In this document: piece by piece, positions 12,786-25,920 of the stretch
Layout: every line of letters begins with the position of its first letter
Position numbering within the stretch: position 1 is the stretch's first letter
Assembly (NCBI GenBank): GCA_964016885.1
Contig: OZ024740.1
Location: forward strand, 8,060,001 to 8,124,000
Reading direction: 5' to 3'
DNA from: Eledone cirrhosa
Taxonomy: Eukaryota
Length of the DNA: 64,000 nucleotides
Notes under the pieces: model-generated
The model's database searches: none
Seen by the model: the letters and a program-made list of their open reading frames with translations, nothing else
Told to the model about the DNA's origin: nothing
Position numbers and translations under genes: made by a program

Positions 12786-15700
12786 TACCAATCGAAACTG
12801 ACATACCAATAGAAACTGATATAGCAATAGGAACTAATATACAAATCAAAACTGATATACCAATCGAAACTGACTTACCAATAGGAACTTATATACCAAT
12901 AGAAACTGACATACAAATTGAAACTGATATACCAATCGAAACTGATATACCAATAGAAACTGACATACAAATCGAGGACTAACATACCAATCGAAACTGA
13001 CATACCAATCGAAACTGACATACCAATAGGAACTGATATACCAATAGAAACTGACATACAAAGTGAAACTGATATACCAATCGAAACTGATATACCAATC
13101 GAAACTGACATACCAATCGAAACTGACATACCAATAGTAACTGACATACCAATCGAAACTGATATACCAATAAAAACTGACATACCTATCGAAACTGACA
13201 TACAAATTGAAACTGATATAACAATAGAAACTGACATACCAATAGTAACTAACATACCAATCGAAACTGATATACCAATAAAAACTGACATACCAATAGA
13301 AACTGACATACAAATTGAAACTGATATACCAATCGAAGCTGATATACCAATAGAAACTGACATACAAATAGAAACTGTTATACTAATCGAAACTGACATA
13401 CCAATCGAAACTGATATACCAATCGAAACTGACATTCCGATCGAAACTGACATACCAATCGAAACTGATATACCTATCGAAATTGATATAGCTATAGAAA
13501 CTGACATACCAATAACAAGTGATATACTAATTGAAATTGACATACCAATCAAGACTGATATACCAATAGAAACTGACATTCGAGGACTAACATACCAATC
13601 GAATCTGACATATCAATATAAACTGATATACTAACTGAAACCGACATACCAATAGAAACTAATATACCTAACGAAATTGACATACCAATCGAAACTGACA
13701 TACCAATCGAAACTGATATACCAATGGAAACTGACATACCAATCGAAACTGATATACCAATCAAAACTGATGTACCAATCGAAACTGATATATCAATAGA
13801 AACTGACATACCAATCGAAACTGACATACCAATAGAAAGTGATATACTAATCGAAACTAACATACCAATAGAAACTGACATACTAATCGAAACTGATATA
13901 CCAATCGAAATTGACATACCAATCGAAACTGACATACCAATCGAAACTGACATACCAAGAGAAACTGATATACTAATAGAAACTGATATACCAATCAAGA
14001 CTGATATATCAATCAAAACTAACATAACAATCGAAAATGACATTCTAATCGAAACTGATATACCAGTCGAAACTGATATACCAATAGAAACTAACATACC
14101 AATAGAAACTGACATACTATTCTAAACTGATATACCAATCGAAACTGACATACCAATCGAAACTGATATACCAATCGAGACTGACATACCAATCGAAACT
14201 GACATACCAATAGAAACTGACATACCAATCGAAACTGACATACCAATAGACACTGATATACTAATCGAAACTGACATACCAGTGGAAACTGACATACTAA
14301 TCGAAACTGATATATCAATCAAAACTGACATACCATTCAAAACTGAAATACCATCGAAACTGATATACCAATCGAAACTGATATACCAATAGAAACTGAC
14401 ATACCTATAGAAACTGATGTACTAATCGAAACTGACATACCAATCGAAACTGATATACCAATAGAAACTGACATACCAATCGAAACTGACATACCAATCG
14501 AAAGTGATATAAGCTATCGAAACTGATATAGAAATAGAAACTGATATACCTATCGAAACTGATATACTAATTGAAATTGACATACCAATCGAAACTGATA
14601 TACCAATAGAAACTGACACACAATTCGAGGACTAACATACCAATCGAAACTGACATACCAATAGAAACTGATATACTAATTGAAACTGACATACCAATCG
14701 AAACTGACATACCAATCGAAACTGACATACCAATAGAAACTGATATACCTATCGAAATTGACATACCAATCGAAACTGACATACCAATCGAAACTGATAT
14801 ACCAATCAAAACTGATATACCAATCGAAACTGATATATCAATCGAAACTGATATACCAATCAAAACTGACATACCAATAGAAAATGATATACCAATAGAA
14901 ACTGACATACCAATCGAAACTGACATACTAATCGAAACTGATATATCAATCGAAACTGATATACCAATAGAAACAGACATTCGAGGACTAACATACCAAT
15001 TGAACCTGACATACCAATATCAACTGATATACTAATTGAAACTGACATACCAATAGAAACTAATATACCTAACGAAATTGACATACTAATCGAAACTCAT
15101 GTACCAATCGAAACTGACATACCAATCGAAACTGATATAACAATCAAAACTGATGTACCAATCGAAACTGATATACCAATAGAAACTGATATACTAATAG
15201 AAACTGATATACCAATCAAGACTGATATATCAATCAAAACTAACATAACAATCGAAAATGACATTCTAATCGAAACTGACATACCAATAGACACTGATAT
15301 ACTAATCGAAACTGACATACCAGCAGAAACTGACATAGTAATCGAAACTGATATATCAATCGAAACTGATATACCAATAGAAACTGACATACCAATCGAA
15401 ACTGATATACCAATAGAAACTGATATACTAATTGAAATTGACATACCAATCGAAACTGATATACCAATCGAAACTGACATACCAATCGAAACTGATATAA
15501 GCTATCGAAACTGATATAGCAATAGAAACTGATATACCTATCGAAACTGATATACTAATTGAAATTGACATAACAATCGAAACTGATATACCAATAGAAA
15601 CTGACTCACAATTCGAGGACTAACATACCAATCGAAACTGACATACCAATAGAAATTGATATACTAATTGAAACTGACATACCAATAGGAACTGATATAC

Positions 15701-18700
15701 TAATTGAAACTGACATACCAATAGAAACTATTATACCTATCGAAATTGACATACCAATCGAAACTGACATACCAATCGAAACTGATATACCAATCAAAAC
15801 TGACATACCAATCGGAACTGATATACCAATCGAAACTAACATACCAATCGAAACTGACATACCAATAGAAACTGATATACCAATCGAAACTGACATACCA
15901 ATCGAAACTGCCATACCAATCGAAACTGCCATACCAATCGAAACTGATATACCAATCAAAACTGATATACCAATCGAAACTGATATATCAATCGAAACTG
16001 ATATACCAATCGAAACTGACATACTAACAGAAAATGATATACCAATAGAAACTGACATACCAATCGAAACTGATATACCTATCGAAATTGATATAGCTAT
16101 AGAAACTGACATACCAATAACAAGTGATATACTAATTGAAATTGACATACCAATCAAGACTGATATACCAATAGAAACTGACATTCGAGGACTAACATAC
16201 CAATCGAATCTGACATATCAATATAAACTGATATACTAACTGAAACCGACATACCAATAGAAACTAATATACCTAACGAAATTGACATACCAATCGAAAC
16301 TGACATACCAATCGAAACTGATATACCAATGGAAACTGACATACCAATCGAAACTGATATACCAATCAAAACTGATGTACCAATCGAAACTGATATATCA
16401 ATAGAAACTGACATACCAATCGAAACTGACATACCAATAGAAAGTGATATACTAATCGAAACTAACATACCAATAGAAACTGACATACTAATCGAAACTG
16501 ATATACCAATCGAAATTGACATACCAATCGAAACTGACATACCAATCGAAACTGACATACCAAGAGAAACTGATATACTAATAGAAACTGATATACCAAT
16601 CAAGACTGATATATCAATCAAAACTAACATAACAATCGAAAATGACATTCTAATCGAAACTGATATACCAGTCGAAACTGATATACCAATAGAAACTAAC
16701 ATACCAATAGAAACTGACATACTATTCTAAACTGATATACCAATCGAAACTGACATACCAATCGAAACTGATATACCAATCGAGACTGACATACCAATCG
16801 AAACTGACATACCAATAGAAACTGACATACCAATCGAAACTGACATACCAATAGACACTGATATACTAATCGAAACTGACATACCAGTGGAAACTGACAT
16901 ACTAATCGAAACTGATATATCAATCAAAACTGACATACCATTCAAAACTGAAATACCATCGAAACTGATATACCAATCGAAACTGATATACCAATAGAAA
17001 CTGACATACCTATAGAAACTGATGTACTAATCGAAACTGACATACCAATCGAAACTGATATACCAATAGAAACTGACATACCAATCGAAACTGACATACC
17101 AATCGAAAGTGATATAAGCTATCGAAACTGATATAGAAATAGAAACTGATATACCTATCGAAACTGATATACTAATTGAAATTGACATACCAATCGAAAC
17201 TGATATACCAATAGAAACTGACACACAATTCGAGGACTAACATACCAATCGAAACTGACATACCAATAGAAACTGATATACTAATTGAAACTGACATACC
17301 AATCGAAACTGACATACCAATCGAAACTGACATACCAATAGAAACTGATATACCTATCGAAATTGACATACCAATCGAAACTGACATACCAATCGAAACT
17401 GATATACCAATCAAAACTGATATACCAATCGAAACTGATATATCAATCGAAACTGATATACCAATCAAAACTGACATACCAATAGAAAATGATATACCAA
17501 TAGAAACTGACATACCAATCGAAACTGACATACTAATCGAAACTGATATATCAATCGAAACTGATATACCAATAGAAACTGACATTCGAGGACTAACATA
17601 CCAATTGAACCTGACATACCAATATCAACTGATATACTAATTGAAACTGACATACCAATAGAAACTAATATACCTAACGAAATTGACATACTAATCGAAA
17701 CTCATGTACCAATCGAAACTGACATACCAATCGAAACTGATATAACAATCAAAACTGATGTACCAATCGAAACTGATATACCAATAGAAACTGATATACT
17801 AATAGAAACTGATATACCAATCAAGACTGATATATCAATCAAAACTAACATAACAATCGAAAATGACATTCTAATCGAAACTGACATACCAATAGACACT
17901 GATATACTAATCGAAACTGACATACCAGTAGAAACTGACATAGTAATCGAAACTGATATATCAATCGAAACTGATATACCAATAGAAACTGACATACCAA
18001 TCGAAACTGATATACCAATAGAAACTGATATACTAATTGAAATTGACATACCAATCGAAACTGATATACCAATCGAAACTGACATACCAATCGAAACTGA
18101 TATAAGCTATCGAAACTGATATAGCAATAGAAACTGATATACCTATCGAAACTGATATACTAATTGAAATTGACATAACAATCGAAACTGATATACCAAT
18201 AGAAACTGACTCACAATTCGAGGACTAACATACCAATCGAAACTGACATACCAATAGAAATTGATATACTAATTGAAACTGACATACCAATAGGAACTGA
18301 TATACTAATTGAAACTGACATACCAATAGAAACTATTATACCTATCGAAATTGACATACCAATCGAAACTGACATACCAATCGAAACTGATATACCAATC
18401 AAAACTGACATACCAATCGGAACTGATATACCAATCGAAACTAACATACCAATCGAAACTGACATACCAATAGAAACTGATATACCAATCGAAACTGACA
18501 TACCAATCGAAACTGCCATACCAATCGAAACTGCCATACCAATCGAAACTGATATACCAATCAAAACTGATATACCAATCGAAACTGATATATCAATCGA
18601 AACTGATATACCAATCGAAACTGACATACTAACAGAAAATGATATACCAATAGAAACTGACATACCAATCGAAACTGATATATCAATCGAAACTGATATA

Positions 18701-19100
18701 CCAATCGAAACTGATATACCAATAGATACTGACATACCAATCGAAACTGATATACCAATCGAAACTGACATACCAATAGAAACTGATATAGCAATAGGAA
18801 CTGATATACAAATCGAAACTGATATACCAATCGAAACTGACATACCAATAGGAACTGATATACCAATAGAAACTGACATACAAATTGAAACTGATATACC
18901 AATCGAAACTGATATACCAATAGAAATTGACATATAATAGAAACTAATATACTAATCGAAACTGACATACCAGTCGAAACTGATATACCAATCGAAACTG
19001 ACATACCAATCGAAACTGATATACCAATCGAAAATGACATACCAATCGAAACTGACATACCAATAGTAACTGACATACCAATCGAAACTGATATACCAAT
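12786..19100 (-). repeat. 18-bp satellite, inverted block, part B
   Basis: Reverse-orientation monomers up to ...gatataccaat (19100), followed by forward atgttagtttc. Confidence 0.98.
13445..18682 (-). repeat. Near-perfect tandem duplication, period 2605 bp (two copies)
   Basis: ORF pairs offset by 2605 (13549/16154, 13724/16329, 14567/17172, 15097/17702, 15606/18211); only about two mismatches noticed by eye. Confidence 0.92.
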
Positions 19101-22100
19101 ATGTTAGTTTCTATTGGTATATCAGTTTGGATTGTTATATCAGTTTCGACTGGTATGTCAGTTTTGATTAGTATATCAGTTTCTATTGGTATGTCAGTTT
19201 CTATTGGTATATCAGTTTCGATTGGTATATCAGTTTCTATTGGTACGTTAGTTTTGATTAGTATATCAGTTTCTATTGGTATGTCAGTTTCGTTTGGTAT
19301 GTCAGTTTCGATTGGTATATCAGTTTCTATTGGTATGTCTGTTTCTATTGGTATATCAATTTCAATTTGTATGTCAGTTTCAATTGGTATATCAGTTTCG
19401 ATTTGTATATCAGTTCCTATTGGTATATCAGCTTCGATTTGTATATCAGTTCCTATTGCTATATCAGTTTCTATTGGTATGTCAGTTTCGATTGGTATAT
19501 TAGTTTCGATTGGTATGTCAGTTTCGATGAGTATATCAGTTTCTATTGGTTTGTCAATTTCTATTTGTATATCAGCTTCGATTGGTATATCAGTTTCGAT
19601 TAGTATGTCAGTTTCTATTGGTATGTCAGTTTTGATTAGTATATCAGTTTCTATTGGTATGTCAGTTTAGATTGGTATGTCAGTTGCGATTGGTATATCA
19701 GTTTCGATTATTATATCAGTTACTATTGGTATGTCAGTTTGGATTGGTATGTCATTTTCAATTGGTATATCAGTTTCTATTGGTATGTCAGTTTCGATTG
19801 GTATATCAGTTTCGATTGGTATGTCAGTTTGGATTGGTATGTCAGTTTCGATTAGTATGTCAGTTTCGATTGGTATGTCAGTTTCGATTGGTATATCAGT
19901 TTCTATTGGTATGTCAGTTTCTATTGGTACATCTGTTTCGATTGGTATATCAGTTTCTATTGGTATGTTAGTTTCGATTAGTATATCAGTTTCTATTGGT
20001 ATGTCAGTTTCGATTGGTATGTCAGTTTCGATTGGTATATCAGTTCCGATTGGTATGTCAGTTTGGATTGGTATGTAAATTCTGATAGGTATATCAGTTT
20101 CGATAAGTATGTCAGTTTCGATTAGTATGTCTGTTTCTATTGATATATCACTTTCGATTGGTATATCAGTTTTGATTGGTATATTAGTTTGGACTGGTAT
20201 ATCAGTTTCGATTGGTATGTCAGTTGCGATTGGTATGTCAGTTTCTATTGGTATATCAGTTTCGAATGGTATGTCAGTTTCGATTGGTACGTCAGTTTCG
20301 ATTAGTATATCAGTTTCTATAGGTATGTCAGTTTCGATTGTTATGTCAGTTTCTATTGGTATATCAGTTTCGATTAGTATGTCAGTTTCTACTGGTATGT
20401 CAGTTTCGATTAGTATATCAGTTTCTATTGGTATGTCAGTTTCGATTGGTATATCAGTTTCGATTGGTATGTCAATTTCGATTGGTATGTCAGTTTCGAT
20501 TGGTATATCAATTTCAATTAGTATATCAGTTTCTATTGGTATATCAGTTTCGATTGGTATGTCAGTTTCGATTAGTATATCAGTTTCTATAGGTATGTCA
20601 GTTTCGATTGTTATGTTAGTTTCTATTGGTATATCAGTTTCAATTGGTATGTCAGTTTCGATTGGTATGTCAGTTTCTATTGGTATGTCAGTTTCGATTG
20701 GTATATCAGTTTCGATTAGATTATCAGTTTCTATTGGTATATGAGTTCCTACTATTGATATATCAGTTTCGATTGGTATATCAGTTTTGATTGGTATATC
20801 AGTTTTGAATGGTATGTCAGTCTTGATTGGTATGTCAATTTCGATTGGTATATCAGTTTAGATTAGTATGTCAGTTTCTATTGGTATATCAGTTTCGACT
20901 GGTATGTTAGTTTCGATTGGTATGTCAGTTTCTATTGGTATATAAGTTTCTATTGGTATGTCAGTTTTGATTAGTATATCAGCTTCGATTGGTATGTCAG
21001 TTTCGATTGGTATGTCAGTTTCGATTGGTATGTCAGTTTCTATTGGTATATCAGTTTCGATTGGTATATCAGTTTCGATTTGTATATCAGATCCTATTGC
21101 TATATCAGTTTCTATTGGTATGTAAGTTTGGATTGGTATATCAGTTTCGATTTGTATATCAGATCCTATTGCTATATCAGTTTCTATTGGTATGTCAGTT
21201 TCTATTAGTATATCAGCTTCGATTGGTATATCAGTTTCGATTAGTATGTCAGTATCTATTGGTATGTCAGTTTCGCTTGGTATGTCATTTTCGATTGGTA
21301 TATCAGTTTCTATTGGTATGACAGTTTTGATTGGTATATCAGTTTCGATTGGTATATCAGTTTAGATTGGTATGTCAGTTGTGTTTGGTATGTCAGTTTC
21401 GATTGGTATATCAGTTTCGATTGGTATGTTAGTTTCTATTGTTATATCAGTTTTTATTGGTATGTCAGTTTCAATAGGTATGTCAGTTTTTATTGGTATA
21501 TCATTTTTAATTGGTATGTCAGTTTGTATTGGTATGTCAGTTTCGATTATTATATCAGTTACTATTGGTATATCAGTTTCGATTGGTATGTCAGTTTCGA
21601 TTGGTATATCAGTTTCGATTAGTATGTTAGTTTCTATTGGTATATCAGTTTCGATTGGTATATCAGTTTCGACTGGTATGTCAGTTTCGATTAGTATATC
21701 AGTTTCGATTGGTATATCAGTTTCGATTAGTATGTTAGTTTCTATTGGTATGTTAGTTTCGATTAGTATATCAGTTCCTATTGGTATGTCAGTTTCTATT
21801 CATATATCAGTTTCGATTGGTATATCAGTTTCGACTGGTATATCAGTTTCGATCGGTATGTCAGTTTATGTTGGTATGTCAGTTTAGATCGGTATGTCAG
21901 TTGCGATTGGTATGTCAGTTTCGATTGGTATGTCAGTTTCGATTGGTATGTCAGTTTCAATTGGTGTGTCAATTTCAATAGGTATGTAAGTTGCTATTTG
22001 TATATCAGTTTCGATTGGTATGTCAGTTTCGATTAGCATATCAGTTTCTATTGGTATGTCAGTTTCAATTGGTATGTCAGTTTCTATTGGTATGTCAGTT

Positions 22101-23475
22101 TCGATTATTATATCAGTTAATATTGGTATGTCAGTTTCGATTGGTATGTCATTTTCGATTGGTATCTGAGTTTCTATTGGTATGACAGTTTCGATTGGTA
22201 TATCAGTTTGGATTGGTATCTCAGTTTGGATTGGTATGTCAGTTTCGATTAGTATGTTAGTTTCTATTAGAATATCAGTTTCGATTGGTATGTCAGTTTC
22301 GATTGGTATATCAGTTTCGACTGGTATATCAGTTTCGATTAGTATAATCAGTTTCTATTGGTATGTCAGTTTCTATTGGTATATCAGTTTCGATTGGTAT
22401 ATCAGTTTCGATTAGTATGTCAGTTTCTATTGGTATGTTAGTTTCGATGAGTATATAAGTTTCTATTGGTATGTCAGTTTTGATCGGTATGTCATTTTCT
22501 ATTGATATATCAGTTTTGATTGGTATATGAGTTTCGATTGGTATGACAATTTCTATTGGTATGTCAGTTTCTATTGGTATATCAGTTTCGATTGGTATAT
22601 CAGTTTCGATTAGTATGTCAGTTTCTATTAGTATGTTAGTTTCGATTAGTATATCAGTTTCTATTTGTATGTCAGTTTCGATTGGTATGTCAGTTTCTAT
22701 TCATATATCAGTTTCGATTGGTATATCAGTTTCTATTGTTATATCAGTTTCGACTGGTATATCAGTTTCGATTAGTATAATCAGTTTCTATTGGTATGTC
22801 AGTTTCTATTGGTATATCATTTTCGATTAGTATGTCAGTTTCTATTGGTATGTTAGTTTTGATTAGTATATCAGTTTCTATTGGTATGTTAGTTTTGATT
22901 GGTATATCAGTTTCTATTGGTATATCAGTTTCGATTGGTATGTCAGTTTCGATTGGTATATCAGTTTCGATTGGTATGTCAGTGTTTATTGGTATGTTAG
23001 TTTCGATTAGTATATCACTTTCTATTGGTATGTCAGTTTCGATTGATATATCAGTTTCGATTGGTATATCAGTTTTGATTGGTATATCAGTTTCGATTGG
23101 TATGTCAGTTTCTATTGGTATATCAGTTTCTATTGGTATGTCAGTTTTGATTGGTATATCAGTTTTGAATGGTATGTCAGTTTCGATAGGTATGTCAGTT
23201 TCGATTGGTATGTCAGTTTTGATTGGTATATCAGTTCCGATTGGTATGTCAGTTTCGATTGGTACGTCAATTTCGATAGGTATATTAGTTTCTATTGGTA
23301 TGTTAGTCTCAATTAGTATATCAGTTTCTATTGGTATGTCATTTTCGATTGGTATGTTAGTCCTCGAATTGTATGTCATTTTCTATTGGTATTTCAGTTT
23401 TGATTAGTATATCAGTTTCGATTGGTATATCAGTTTAGATTGGTATGTCAGTTTCTATTGGTATATCAGTTTCTA

Positions 23476-25920
23476 CTGGTATGTCAGTTTTGATTGGTAT
23501 ATCAGTTTCGATTGGTATGTCAGTTTCGATTGGTATGTCAGTTTTGATTATTATATCAGTTACCATTGGTATGTCAGTTTCGATTGGTATGTCATTTTCG
23601 ATTAGTATATCACTTTCTATTGGTATGTCAGTTTCTATTGATATATCAGTTTCGATTGGTATATCAGCTTTGATTGGTATATCAGTTTCGATTGGTATGT
23701 CAGTTTCGACTGGTATGTCAGTTTCGATTAGTATATCACTTTCTATTGCTATATCAGTTTCGATTGGTATATCAGTTTCGATTAGTATGTCAGTTTCTAT
23801 TGGTATGTTAGTTTCGATTAGTATATCAGTTTCTATTGGTATGTCAGTTTCGATTGGTATGTCAGTCTCTATTGATATATCAGTTTCGATTGGAATATCA
23901 GTTTCGATTGGTATATTAGTTTCGATTGTTATGTCAGTTTCTATTGGTATATCAGTTTCTATTGGTATGTCAGTTTTGATTGGTATATCAGTTTCGATTA
24001 GTATGTCAGTTTCGATTGGTATATCAATTTGGATTGGTATGTGAGTTTGGATTTGTATGTCAGTTTCGATTGTTATATCAGTTTAGATTGTTATGTCAGT
24101 TGCGATTGGTATGTCAGTTTTGATTGGTATATTAGTTTCGATTGGTATGTCAGTTTCTATTGGTATGTCAGTTTCGATTATTATATCACTTACTATTGGT
24201 ATGTCTGTTTCGATTGGTATGTCATTTTCGATTGGTATATCAGTTTCTATTGGTATGACAGTTTCGATTGGTATATCAGTTTCGATTGGTATGTCAGTTT
24301 GGATTGGTATATGAGTTTCAACTGGTATGTCAGTTTCGATTAATATATCACTTTCTATTGGTATGTCAGTTTCTATTGATATATCAGTTTCCATTGGTAT
24401 ATCAGCTTTGATTGGTATATCAGTTTCTGTTGGTACGTTAGTTTCGATTAGTATATCACTTTCTATTGGTATGTCAGTCTTGATAGGTATGTCAGTCTCT
24501 ATAGATATATCAGTTTCGATTGGTATATCAGTTTTGATTGGTATATCAGTTTCGATTGGTATGTCAGTTTCGATTGGTACATCAGTTTCGATTGGTATGT
24601 CAGTTTCGATTGGTATGTCAATTTCGATAGGTATATTAGTTTCTATTGATATGTCAGTTTCAATTAGTATATCAGTTTCTATTGGTATGTCAGTTTTGAT
24701 TGGTATATCAGTTTCGATTGGTATGTCAGTTTCGATTGGTATGTCAGTTTTGATTATTATATCAGTTACCATTGGTATGTCAGTTTCGATTGGTATGTCA
24801 TTTTCGATTAGTATATCACTTTCTATTGGTATGTCAGTTTCTATTGATATATCAGTTTCGATTGGTATATCAGCTTTGATTGGTATATCAGTTTCGATTG
24901 GTATGTCAGTTTCGACTGGTATGTCAGTTTCGATTAGTATATCACTTTCTATTGCTATATCAGTTTCGATTGGTATATCAGTTTCGATTAGTATGTCAGT
25001 TTCTATTGGTATGTTAGTTTCGATTAGTATATCAGTTTCTATTGGTATGTCAGTTTCGATTGGTATGTCAGTCTCTATTGATATATCAGTTTCGATTGGA
25101 ATATCAGTTTCGATTGGTATATTAGTTTCGATTGGTATGTCAGTTTCTATTGGTATATCAGTTTCTATTGGTATGTCAGTTTTGATTGGTATATCAGTTT
25201 CGATTAGTATGTCAGTTTCGATTGGTATATCAATTTGGATTGGTATGTGAGTTTGGATTTGTATGTCAGTTTCGATTGTTATATCAGTTTAGATTGTTAT
25301 GTCAGTTGCGATTGGTATGTCAGTTTTGATTGGTATATTAGTTTCGATTGGTATGTCAGTTTCTATTGGTATGTCAGTTTCGATTATTATATCACTTACT
25401 ATTGGTATGTCAGTTTCGATTGGTATGTCATTTTCGATTGGTATATCAGTTTCTATTGGTATGACAGTTTCGATTGGTATATCAGTTTCGATTGGTATGT
25501 CAGTTTGGATTGGTATATGAGTTTCAACTGGTATGTCAGTTTCGATTAATATATCACTTTCTATTGGTATGTCAGTTTCTATTGATATATCAGTTTCCAT
25601 TGGTATATCAGCTTTGATTGGTATATCAGTTTCTGTTGGTACGTTAGTTTCGATTAGTATATCACTTTCTATTGGTATGTCAGTCTTGATAGGTATGTCA
25701 GTTTCTATAGATATATCAGTTTCGATTGGTATATCAGTTTTGATTGGTATATCAGTTTCGATTGGTATGTCAGTTTCGATTGGTACATCAGTTTCGATTG
25801 GTATGTCAGTTTCGATTGGTATGTCAATTTCGATAGGTATATTAGTTTCTATTGATATGTCAGTTTCAATTAGTATATCAGTTTCTATTGGTATGTCAGT
25901 TTTGATTGGTATATCAGTTT
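23476..25920 (+). repeat. Tandem duplication, period 1206 bp (67 monomers); related copies near 27.1-28.3 kb and 31.7-32.9 kb
   Basis: ORF offsets 24029/25235, 24093/25299, 24327/25533; marker GTTACCATTGG at ~23559, ~24765, ~27234, ~31756. Confidence 0.88.
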
